The notes under the pieces were generated by a model. That model made no database searches, was not told the origin of the DNA, and worked only from the letters and a program-made list of their open reading frames with translations. DNA of 32,000 nt from an archaeon (GTDB lineage Archaea > Iainarchaeota > Iainarchaeia > Iainarchaeales > CSSED10-239). The position numbers and the translations under genes are program-made. Below are positions 24,180-31,428 of this stretch, in pieces. Location: NCBI GenBank assembly GCA_041657425.1, contig JBBABY010000004.1, forward strand, positions 1 to 32,000. Reading direction: 5' to 3'. Position 1 is the first letter of the stretch, and every line of letters begins with the position of its first letter.

Positions 24180-25241
24180 CTAGTTTCCTTGATTATTCCA
24201 CATTACCCAGTACTTCTGAAAGTTTTCTTTGTATTGTTTGGACAAGTTTTCATCTTTAATTACTAATAATGTCTCATCATTATTGTTTGTTCCGTTTGCA
24301 GAATAATTCATTGATCCTGTGATTATTGTACCCCCATCAAAAACACAATATTTGTTGTGCATAAGATAAGGATCATTATCTTCTACAACAGAAACACCTA
24401 ATTGTTTCAATTTTTCATATTCTGAGTATTCGGAAAGTTGCTGAGTTTCAAAAATTACTTTTACATCTACTCCTCTTTCTTTTGCATTTAACATTTCATC
24501 CCCAATATCATCTAAAGTAAAACTATATTGCATACACTCAATTGTTTCTTTTGCAGACGAAATCTCATCAAGCACTTTCTGTTTACAATTGCTATTTGGG
24601 CAAAAGGATATTTCAGTTGTTGGACTAATTGTTTCTCCAAGAACTGTTGAATCTTTTGAAAAATTCCCAAAATAAAAAGAATCAATTTTTTTTGTTAATG
24701 TCTCTGCAAGCCTTTGGTTTTCAAAAACTAAAATGTTATTGTAACTTTCAGAAAAACTATTTGAAGTAAAATTAGTCGAACCAATTAATACTTTGTTTCC
24801 ATCAAACACACAAAACTTATTATGCATATAACTTTCAATTGTTGGAGAAATTAAAACATTTATTTCTGCGGACTTGAGATTGCCAACCATTGTAGTCTTT
24901 GTTTGACTTCTACCTTTGTCTGTTACTATTCTTATTTCTAGCCCTTGCTCTTTTTTGTTTATGAATACCTCAGAAACTTCTTTTGAACTTATATCATAAA
25001 CTGCACAATCAATTGTTTTGTTTGCATCTTGAATTAACGAAAGAATTACTTCTTGGCAATTATCTTCTGGACAAAAATATATTTGAGGTGAATCGGTTTC
25101 ACCAGTTTGTCCAAGATTTAATGTGCTTTTCTTTTCTAAACTCTTTTGATAATCATTTACCTCAAGATAAATTAAAAATAAAAAAATAGATAATAGAAGA
25201 ATTATAAAAAAAAGAATAATGTAGAAATGGCGTTTATTCAT
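24180..25241 (-). CDS. Membrane-anchored phospholipase D-superfamily enzyme with two HKD motifs (nuclease or phospholipid-transferase)
   Basis: 353 aa with an N-terminal TM helix (FYIILFFIILLLSIFLFLIYL). HKD 1 is HNKFCVFDGNKVLIGSTNFT and HKD 2 is HNKYCVFDGGTIITGSMNYS. Paired Cys precede each half (CPEDNC, CPNSNC). The ATG overlaps the upstream gene's last codons by 8 nt. Confidence 0.8.
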   Translation of the reverse strand: MNKRHFYIILFFIILLLSIFLFLIYLEVNDYQKSLEKKSTLNLGQTGETDSPQIYFCPEDNCQEVILSLIQDANKTIDCAVYDISSKEVSEVFINKKEQGLEIRIVTDKGRSQTKTTMVGNLKSAEINVLISPTIESYMHNKFCVFDGNKVLIGSTNFTSNSFSESYNNILVFENQRLAETLTKKIDSFYFGNFSKDSTVLGETISPTTEISFCPNSNCKQKVLDEISSAKETIECMQYSFTLDDIGDEMLNAKERGVDVKVIFETQQLSEYSEYEKLKQLGVSVVEDNDPYLMHNKYCVFDGGTIITGSMNYSANGTNNNDETLLVIKDENLSKQYKENFQKYWVMWNNQGN

Positions 25242-25908
25242 TTTTTTCCTCTTCTAGTAATTTATAGTATCCTTCGCTTAATTCCCTTATCTCTTGAATA
25301 ATTGAAACTGACACACCTTTGTCTTCTAAAAGATTTAATCTTTCTTCAAACCAAGTTATCCAAACTTGTTGTTTTGATTCTTTTACTTGATTTTGTATTT
25401 CTTCTAAAATTACATTCCAATTTAACCCTTTCTTTACTAATTCTAAACAATCATCTATATCTCCAGGTCTTTCAGTAATTGATTTGAATATAAGAATATC
25501 TTCATTTGAACAAGCATATAAATTCAAGTGTTTATATTCTTTAATTAATCTTGCTCTTTTTATCATTTCTTTACTTAAGTATAGTTTATCACATACCACT
25601 TTATTAAATACATCAAATCTAAAATCATCTTGAATAATTATCTCAGAGATTTTTAATTTTAAATATTCTTTTTCTGGAAGTTCTAATTGATGGGAATTAT
25701 CTTTTTTTAATAAATTACAGAAATAGTTATAATCTTCGTCATTTGTTAAAATTAAATCTATATCCTTTGTTCCTTGTTTTAATCCTTGTTCTAACAATAC
25801 TGCTCCTCCAATAAGATAAATATTTACTTTTTGGTTTGATATTTTATCTAATTGATCGAACTTATTGAGAATTTGATTAAAATAATTTATTTTAAATTCC
25901 ATCTTCAT
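25234..25908 (-). CDS. Pol-beta-superfamily nucleotidyltransferase (AbiEii/DUF6036-like)
   Basis: IYLIGGAVLLEQGLKQGTKDIDLIL fits hGGx13DhDh, and a third acidic position lies in FRFDVF. The C-terminal helical part has NEDILIFKSITERPGDIDDCLELV. I prefer ATG at 25908, which gives a TGATG overlap with the upstream stop, over the track's TTG at 25911. Confidence 0.5.
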   Translation of the reverse strand: MKMEFKINYFNQILNKFDQLDKISNQKVNIYLIGGAVLLEQGLKQGTKDIDLILTNDEDYNYFCNLLKKDNSHQLELPEKEYLKLKISEIIIQDDFRFDVFNKVVCDKLYLSKEMIKRARLIKEYKHLNLYACSNEDILIFKSITERPGDIDDCLELVKKGLNWNVILEEIQNQVKESKQQVWITWFEERLNLLEDKGVSVSIIQEIRELSEGYYKLLEEEKNE

Positions 25909-26780
25909 CAAATTTTTATATTATATAACTTCACCTTTTCTTTTATTTCTTTTAGTGTTGGATATCCGTCTATTGTCTTTCCATCCAATACACTAATTAT
26001 ATTTAATAACAATTGAGGTTTATTAAAGTATCGGATAGATTTTCTGTATTTTTGAAAAAATAGAACCAAATATAGCAATTGTCTATAATCTTTTGTTTTT
26101 TCTACAATTGTCATTGTGTGTTCTAATATATCTATCAAGGTTAGTTTTTTATTTGAAAGGGAATAATAATTTGTAGTATTTAGAATATTAATGCCATAAT
26201 CTTTAAAAACAGAAAATCCAGTTTTGATGAAATTGGATAATTCTTCTTGTGTTGAAAATATAATCTCTTTCTTATTCTTATAATAAATAATTGATCCTTT
26301 TGGAATTCTATTGTCCGTATTATTATTATAATAATTGTAATCTATTATAAACTCCTTAAGAGAATGCCACAACTTTTCATTAAAGATATATTTATTCTTT
26401 TGTTTAATTAGTATTGAAAGATTTTTTGTTTTTTCTATAAACTTGTAAATAGTAATTTCTTTTAATTTTGTTTCTTGTGAAATCTCTTTAACGGTTTTTT
26501 CTGTTAAGAAAGACTGAAGAATTGGTATTCCTGAATCTTTTAAAATTTCCATAAGATTTGGGTACTTGAAAAGAAGCTCTTTGAGTTCTGTAGAAAATGG
26601 ATTTTTAGATAACTCTAATTTCCTTTTTGAATATTCAATTAACCCTACAGAAGAAAGAACTGCTATTGCTCTACTTATCTGGCTTTTACTTTTGTCAAGC
26701 TTAATTGCTAGTTCCTTCTGATAAATATTCTCTTTACAAATCTCTAGAAACACATTCAATTGAAGAATATTTAACTCCAT
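25908..26780 (-). CDS. Double winged-helix DNA-binding protein (AbiEi/TrmB-like partner of the NTase)
   Basis: Two HTH/wHTH segments are visible: QKELAIKLDKSKSQISRAIAVLSSVGLIEY and KTVKEISQETKLKEITIYKFIEKTKNLSILI. A ~150-aa C-terminal domain follows. The track start, TTG 26798, sits 4 nt from a TATA (TTTATATAC, 26803-26811 rc). ATG 26780 is ~24-31 nt from that TATA, so it is probably a leaderless start. Confidence 0.5.
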   Translation of the reverse strand: MELNILQLNVFLEICKENIYQKELAIKLDKSKSQISRAIAVLSSVGLIEYSKRKLELSKNPFSTELKELLFKYPNLMEILKDSGIPILQSFLTEKTVKEISQETKLKEITIYKFIEKTKNLSILIKQKNKYIFNEKLWHSLKEFIIDYNYYNNNTDNRIPKGSIIYYKNKKEIIFSTQEELSNFIKTGFSVFKDYGINILNTTNYYSLSNKKLTLIDILEHTMTIVEKTKDYRQLLYLVLFFQKYRKSIRYFNKPQLLLNIISVLDGKTIDGYPTLKEIKEKVKLYNIKI

Positions 26781-26837
26781 AATTGTATTAATATGCAAAA
26801 AGTATATAAATAGTTGCGTTTTAATATAATATAATTA

Positions 26838-28589
26838 TTATTCAAGAACAGCTTTTATTCGTCTTATTCCTGCAGCTACACTTTCTTCTTTTGCAATCTT
26901 GAAGTGGCCAAGTTCACTTGTGTTGTTTACGTGTGGTCCCATACAAATTTCTTTACTGTAAGTTCCAATGGAATAAACAAAGACTGTTTCTGGATACTTG
27001 GTTCCAAATTCTGCTTGTGCTCCACTTTCCTTTGCCTTCTCAAAAGACATTGATTCTTTGATTACTGGAAGGGACTGTAAGATTACTTTGTTTATTTCTG
27101 ATTCTACAGCCCTTACTTCTTCATCAGTTAGTTTTCTATCAAAATTAAAATCAAATCTTAGTCTTTCAGAAGTTATGTTGCTTCCTTTCTGTCTTATGTC
27201 TTTAGAGATTAGATTTCTTAAAGCTTGATTTAAGATGTGGGTTGCAGTGTGATACTTCATTGTAATGTCTGTATGTTCTGCTAGACCGCCTTTAAACTTT
27301 TGTTCTGCACCAACTCTTGAAAGCTCTTGGTGTTTCTTTTCTTCTTCTTTAAAACCATCAAGGTCTACAGTAATCTGCTTTTCATTTGCAAGTTCTTGTA
27401 TCATTTCTATTGGAAAACCATAGGACTGATAAAGAAGGAATGCTTCTTTTCCTGAAATGATTTTTTGTTTCTCTGAAAGTTTATTAAATTCTTTTAAACC
27501 ATTAATTAATGCTGTTGAAAACTTATTTTCTTCTTTTTCTAATTCTGCAACAATAAATTGTTTTCTTGTTTCTAATTGCGGATATTCGTCTTTGTATAAT
27601 TCTATTATTTTACTTGCAACTTTTGAACAAAAATTATCTTGTATTCCAATTTGCTTACCATATCTTATTGCTCTTCTTATAAATCTTCTTAAGATATATC
27701 CTTGATCAGTGTTACTTGGAATAACTGCTCTTGGGTCAGCAAGAACAAATGTTGATACTCTTAAGTGATCTGTAATAATCTTAATTGCTTTTGAGTTTGT
27801 TTTATCTGTTCCAAGAGTTGAAACAAAATCATAAATACTTTTTATTTTTCCAACTTTGAAAGCATCATCTAAACCATTTAGAATCATTGTTACTCTTTCT
27901 GTGCCTAATCCTGTATCAATGTTTCTTTGCTTTAATGGTTCAAACTTTCCTTCTTTTGTTTTATTATATTCCATTAAAACATTGTTCCAGATTTCTACCC
28001 AGGTCTCATCTTCTGGATCAAACACTTTTGGAGCAGGTCTAGAATTGTCTTTCCAATAAAATATTTCTGTATCTGGTCCACAAGGTCCACTTGTTCCTGC
28101 TGGCCCCCACCAATTATCTTCAATTGCTGCAATTCTTTCAATTGGCAAACCTTGTTCTAACCAACAATTGATTGCTTCTTGATCTTTTGGTATATCTTTG
28201 TTACCAGAGAAAACAGTTACTGCAATTCTATTCTTGTCTAAAGCTAACCACTGCTTACTTGTTAAAAACTCATAAGAATAAGCAATTGATTCTTTCTTGA
28301 AGTAATCCCCTAGTGACCAATTACCAAGCATTTCAAACATTGAAAAATGTGTGGCGTCACCTACTTCATCAATATCTGTTGTTCTTATACACATTTGATA
28401 ATCTGCTAGTCTTTTGCCTTGTGGGTGTACTTGACCTAAAAGGAAAGGAACAAGCGGATGCATTCCTGCTGTTGTGAAAAGAACTGTATTATCATTTTCT
28501 GGTATTAATGAAGCTTGTTCAATAATCTTATGGTCTTTACTTTTGAAGAAATCTAAATATTTCTGTTTTAATTCAATTGTTGTAATCAT
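26838..28589 (-). CDS. alaS: Alanyl-tRNA synthetase, compact form (aminoacylation + editing domains, no C-Ala domain)
   Basis: 583 aa. It has FTTAGMHPLVPF, WWGPAGTSGPCGPDTEIFY, editing-site HTATHILNQALR (HxxxH) and CMGPHV (CxxxH). It ends at ..AAGIRRIKAVLE, where full-length enzymes continue. Confidence 0.9.
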   Translation of the reverse strand: MITTIELKQKYLDFFKSKDHKIIEQASLIPENDNTVLFTTAGMHPLVPFLLGQVHPQGKRLADYQMCIRTTDIDEVGDATHFSMFEMLGNWSLGDYFKKESIAYSYEFLTSKQWLALDKNRIAVTVFSGNKDIPKDQEAINCWLEQGLPIERIAAIEDNWWGPAGTSGPCGPDTEIFYWKDNSRPAPKVFDPEDETWVEIWNNVLMEYNKTKEGKFEPLKQRNIDTGLGTERVTMILNGLDDAFKVGKIKSIYDFVSTLGTDKTNSKAIKIITDHLRVSTFVLADPRAVIPSNTDQGYILRRFIRRAIRYGKQIGIQDNFCSKVASKIIELYKDEYPQLETRKQFIVAELEKEENKFSTALINGLKEFNKLSEKQKIISGKEAFLLYQSYGFPIEMIQELANEKQITVDLDGFKEEEKKHQELSRVGAEQKFKGGLAEHTDITMKYHTATHILNQALRNLISKDIRQKGSNITSERLRFDFNFDRKLTDEEVRAVESEINKVILQSLPVIKESMSFEKAKESGAQAEFGTKYPETVFVYSIGTYSKEICMGPHVNNTSELGHFKIAKEESVAAGIRRIKAVLE

Positions 28590-28593
28590 AATT

Positions 28594-28634
28594 AATTCTT
28601 TCTCTTAAATATTATATATAATATAGAAAGAATT
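28594..28634. promoter_or_regulatory. 10-bp perfect inverted repeat flanking the alaS TATA region
   Basis: aattctttct (28594-28603) and agaaagaatt (28625-28634) are separated by 21 nt. The spacer contains the self-complementary atattatatataatat (28609-28624). The element lies 5-45 nt upstream of the alaS ATG (28589). Confidence 0.35.
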
Positions 28635-28653
28635 TATTTTAAAATTGTTCTAT

Positions 28654-29538
28654 TTAGTCATAGTACTCATCAACATATGTTTCTAAAAGGTAATTTAAAA
28701 ACTTTCTTTGACCAACCTTTTCTTTCTGTTCCATTAACACGAAATAATATTTTATTTTATCTGTAGTATTTATATTTAATAATGGATAATTATTCTTTAT
28801 TAAAATAAAATTCATTAATAATCTTGACATTCTCCCATTACCATCCATAAATGGGTGAATTTTAACAAATTTATAATGCATAAGACCAGCTAGTTCAAAA
28901 GGATGTAATTTTAACTTCGCTTTATCATACCATTCCACAAGTTCTTGCATCTTTTTAGGAACTTCTTCTGGTTTTGGCGGCAAATAGTTGTTTACTATGT
29001 TTTGTTTATTTCTTAGTTGTCCTGCTTCTTTATGTACATTATCCATTTCCATCTTATGTAAATTAAGAATAAACTCTAGAGTGATTTCATCTTTTGTTTG
29101 AATTATATAATCTAAACAATATTTCATATTAACGACTTCTTGTTCGTCTCTTTTTCTTTTCTTATCTGTTTTCTTTAATTTCTCTAAAATCCCTTTTGTG
29201 TCTTCAAAAGATAATGGATTTCCTTCTATATTATTAGTATTATAAATAAATTTATACAATCTATATTTCTCTGTCTTTAAAATATTTGCAACAATCTTAC
29301 TATTGGATTTATTTAGATAATTATTTTTTATTAATTCTAGTAATTTTGTTGGTTTAACTTTTAGTATCGGCCTAACTGGAATCTTCTTATTTAATTTATA
29401 TTCGATTTCTGAAATATCTGATAATTTATTACCTATGTATTGTCTTATTTTTTTATACTTGTTTTTAGAGACTCTGACTGTATTTGAAAGATATAAATAG
29501 GTTTTGCCATTTATCTTTTTCTCTTCAATATAGCTCAT
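28654..29538 (-). CDS. Fic-domain protein (AMPylase-type motif, with N-terminal inhibitory-helix motif)
   Basis: HPFMDGNGRMSR matches HxFx(D/E)GNGRxxR, and TNNIEGN matches (S/T)xxxE(G/N). I prefer the ATG at 29538 (MSYIEEKK..). The track's extra 29 codons translate the upstream tandem repeat (IFKYVPPKL twice). Confidence 0.8.
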   Translation of the reverse strand: MSYIEEKKINGKTYLYLSNTVRVSKNKYKKIRQYIGNKLSDISEIEYKLNKKIPVRPILKVKPTKLLELIKNNYLNKSNSKIVANILKTEKYRLYKFIYNTNNIEGNPLSFEDTKGILEKLKKTDKKRKRDEQEVVNMKYCLDYIIQTKDEITLEFILNLHKMEMDNVHKEAGQLRNKQNIVNNYLPPKPEEVPKKMQELVEWYDKAKLKLHPFELAGLMHYKFVKIHPFMDGNGRMSRLLMNFILIKNNYPLLNINTTDKIKYYFVLMEQKEKVGQRKFLNYLLETYVDEYYD

Positions 29539-29544
29539 ATATAA

Positions 29545-29598
29545 TTTAGGGGGCACATATTTAAAAATAGATAGTTTAGGGGGCACATATTTAAAAAT
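29545..29598 (-). repeat. Tandem 24-nt direct repeat (30-bp period) = duplicated TATA/operator upstream of fic
   Basis: tttagggggcacatatttaaaaat occurs at 29545-29568 and again, identically, at 29575-29598. A partial third copy (ttagggtccac) starts at ~29599. On the coding strand each unit reads ATTTTTAAATATGTGCCCCCTAAA. The proximal TTTAAATA ends 19 nt before the ATG. Confidence 0.8.
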
Positions 29599-29649
29599 TA
29601 GGGTCCACGCATTAGGTGACCACATTTACAGAAAAAGAATTTTATTTGG

Positions 29650-30945
29650 CTACAACTTAACTTTATCAATATCTGTTAGTTCTTCTTTTCCAGAAGTCAT
29701 GTCTCTTATCTTAATTTTCTTTTGCTTGATTTCGTCTTCTCCAAGAAATCCTACAAATGGGATGCCTAATTTATCTGCATACTCTATGTTCTTTGAAACT
29801 CCTTTGCCGGCAAGATCAACAATTACTTTTATTCCTTTGCTTCTAAGTTCTTGTGTTACTTTAATTGCTTCTTCTGTTGCTTTTCCAATTGGGATGATTA
29901 AAAGATTAGCAACTGTTTGTCTCTTTAGACCATCTCTTGCTTTTATTATTTCCATGATTGGTTCTATTCCAAAGGCAAGGCCAACGGCTGGAATATTTTG
30001 ATTCTCATTACCTATGTATTTACCAATCATCTTGTCCCATCTTCCTCCGCCTGCTAAAGAACCACTCATTATCTTTTCATCTGTTAAGAAAACTTCATAG
30101 ATTGGCCCTGTGTAATAACCAAGTCCTCTTGCAAGAGTTGGATTGAAATCAATTTCAACTTTGAATGTTTCTAAGTTTTTGAAAAGCTCTTTTAATTCCT
30201 TTACTCCTTCTGTTTCTCCAAGTAACTTTTCTAATTGAGAAAGTTTTTCTTTGTTACTTCCTTTTTCTACCTTTGTTAAAAGATCTAAAAGCTTATTTAT
30301 GTCTGTTTCTGATATTCCTCTTTCTGTTAATTCTTTCTTTACTCCTGAAATTCCAATCTTTTTAAGTTTATCAATTGCAACAATAACATCTGTTGCTTGT
30401 TTTTCTTGTATTCCGCAGAAAAGAATTATTTCGTTTAATAATTTTCTATCATTTACTTCAATTATTGTTTCTAGTTTTAACTTTTTAAAAACGTCTCTAA
30501 TAACGGCAAGGACTTCAGCATCAATTATTCCAAACTGAGAACCAACAACATCAATATCACATTGATAGAATTCTCTATATCTCCCTGCTTTGATTGGGCC
30601 GTCTCTAAAGACTGGACCTATTTGATATCTTTTAAAAGGAGTTTTAAGTTGGGGATTTTGTCCAACAAATCGTGCAAGAGCAAAAGTAAATTCATATCTT
30701 AAACCTAAGTCTCTATTACCTTGATCTTTAAATCTATAAATTTCAGAAACTGCATCTGAGTTTTCTCCTGCTCCAAACTTAGCTTCTAAGATCTCTAGCT
30801 TTTCAAAGGTTGGTGTTTCTAAAGGAGAATAACCATAGATTTCAAATATTTCTTTAATATCACTGATTACTTTATCCCTTACAATCTTTTCAGCAGGTGG
30901 GAAATCTCTTGTCCCTCTTGGTGGTTCTAGTATTAGTTTTGCCAT
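29650..30945 (-). CDS. hisS: Histidyl-tRNA synthetase
   Basis: It has PRGTRDFPP, RYREFYQCDIDVVG (motif 2), GGGRWD and AVGLAFGIE (motif 3). I prefer ATG 30945, because the track's GTG 30954 is the GTGA of an SD-like tgtgaaaaatATG. Confidence 0.92.
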   Translation of the reverse strand: MAKLILEPPRGTRDFPPAEKIVRDKVISDIKEIFEIYGYSPLETPTFEKLEILEAKFGAGENSDAVSEIYRFKDQGNRDLGLRYEFTFALARFVGQNPQLKTPFKRYQIGPVFRDGPIKAGRYREFYQCDIDVVGSQFGIIDAEVLAVIRDVFKKLKLETIIEVNDRKLLNEIILFCGIQEKQATDVIVAIDKLKKIGISGVKKELTERGISETDINKLLDLLTKVEKGSNKEKLSQLEKLLGETEGVKELKELFKNLETFKVEIDFNPTLARGLGYYTGPIYEVFLTDEKIMSGSLAGGGRWDKMIGKYIGNENQNIPAVGLAFGIEPIMEIIKARDGLKRQTVANLLIIPIGKATEEAIKVTQELRSKGIKVIVDLAGKGVSKNIEYADKLGIPFVGFLGEDEIKQKKIKIRDMTSGKEELTDIDKVKL

Positions 30946-30992
30946 ATTTTTCACATTTATTTAATTATTTTAATATCGAAACAATTTAAAAA

Positions 30993-31065
30993 GGTCTATG
31001 CCGGGATTTGAACTCGGGTCATAAGCTCCACAGGCTTATATGCTAACCACTGCACCACATAGACC
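30993..31065 (-). tRNA. tRNA-His (anticodon GTG) with genomically encoded G-1
   Basis: The reverse complement folds as G(-1) GTCTATG TG GTGC AGTGGTTA GCAT A TAAGC CTGTGGA GCTTA TGAC CCGAG TTCAAAT CCCGG CATAGAC C(73). G-1 opposite C73 is the His identity signature. There is one A52-C62 mismatch in the T stem. No CCA is encoded and a T5 run follows. Confidence 0.88.
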
Positions 31066-31071
31066 ACAAAG

Positions 31072-31104
31072 ATCTCTAGACTTGTGTTCTTAAGCCCTAG
31101 AGAT
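31072..31104 (-). terminator. Hairpin between the AbrB-like ORF and tRNA-His (terminator/processing candidate)
   Basis: atctctag (31072-31079) and ctagagat (31097-31104) form a perfect 8-bp inverted repeat with a 17-nt loop. It spans the stop codon of the 31090-31257 ORF and ends 6 nt upstream of the tRNA-His 5' end. Confidence 0.3.
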
Positions 31105-31257
31105 GATAATTTTACCTCCACAAACGTCTATATTAACAAAGTCTGAAAAACCAATGGACCGTCTGATGTCAGAAGGTATTAGTATTCTATTCTTCTTATC
31201 TTTAGAAACAGTTGTTTTAGTGATGATGCCAACAAGAATTTGTGCTTTCAAGGACAA
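31090..31257 (-). CDS. SpoVT/AbrB-domain mini-protein (second of two overlapping)
   Basis: Not in the track because it is under 60 aa. My translation gives (TTG 31257 or 31251) ..KAQILVGIITKTTVSKDKKNRILIPSDIRRSIGFSDFVNIDVCGGKIIISRA*. NRILIPSDIRRSIGF..V.I.V.GGKIIIS is a textbook SpoVT/AbrB swapped-hairpin pattern. There is no ATG start. Confidence 0.4.
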   Translation of the reverse strand: MSLKAQILVGIITKTTVSKDKKNRILIPSDIRRSIGFSDFVNIDVCGGKIIISRA

Positions 31258-31360
31258 CTAATGCAGAATTAAGGTCATACTTGATGCTGTAGCTATCATT
31301 GACTATCTCTTTTGGAAGAACTATTCTCCCACAGCCGTCTATCTTACATATCTTGTTCAT
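31217..31360 (-). CDS. SpoVT/AbrB-domain mini-protein (first of two overlapping)
   Basis: Not in the track. My translation from ATG 31360 gives MNKICKIDGCGRIVLPKEIVNDSYSIKYDLNSALVVLESTNSCWHHH* (47 aa). GRIVLPKEI is the AbrB loop-helix motif. Confidence 0.4.
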   Translation of the reverse strand: MNKICKIDGCGRIVLPKEIVNDSYSIKYDLNSALVVLESTNSCWHHH

Positions 31361-31428
31361 ATTTCATCATTTTGTTATAATTATAAATATATTAAGACTA
31401 AAAACATTTAAAAAGAGTTTCTGGGAAA

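Noticed and set aside
29545-29610. Possible CRISPR-like array from the tandem repeat
   Set aside because: Only two full 24-nt units are present, separated by a 6-nt spacer. There are no variable spacers and no cas genes in the window. The repeat is a promoter duplication.
29602-29621. Hairpin terminator for hisS (GGTCCAC ... GGTGACC)
   Set aside because: Only 4 contiguous base pairs form without bulges, which is too weak to call.
29539-29625. N-terminal 29 codons of the Fic ORF (MWSPNAWTLIFKYVPPKLSIFKYVPPKLY)
   Set aside because: The repeated IFKYVPPKL is the translation of the 24-nt tandem promoter repeat. The ATG at 29538 follows a correctly spaced TATA box.
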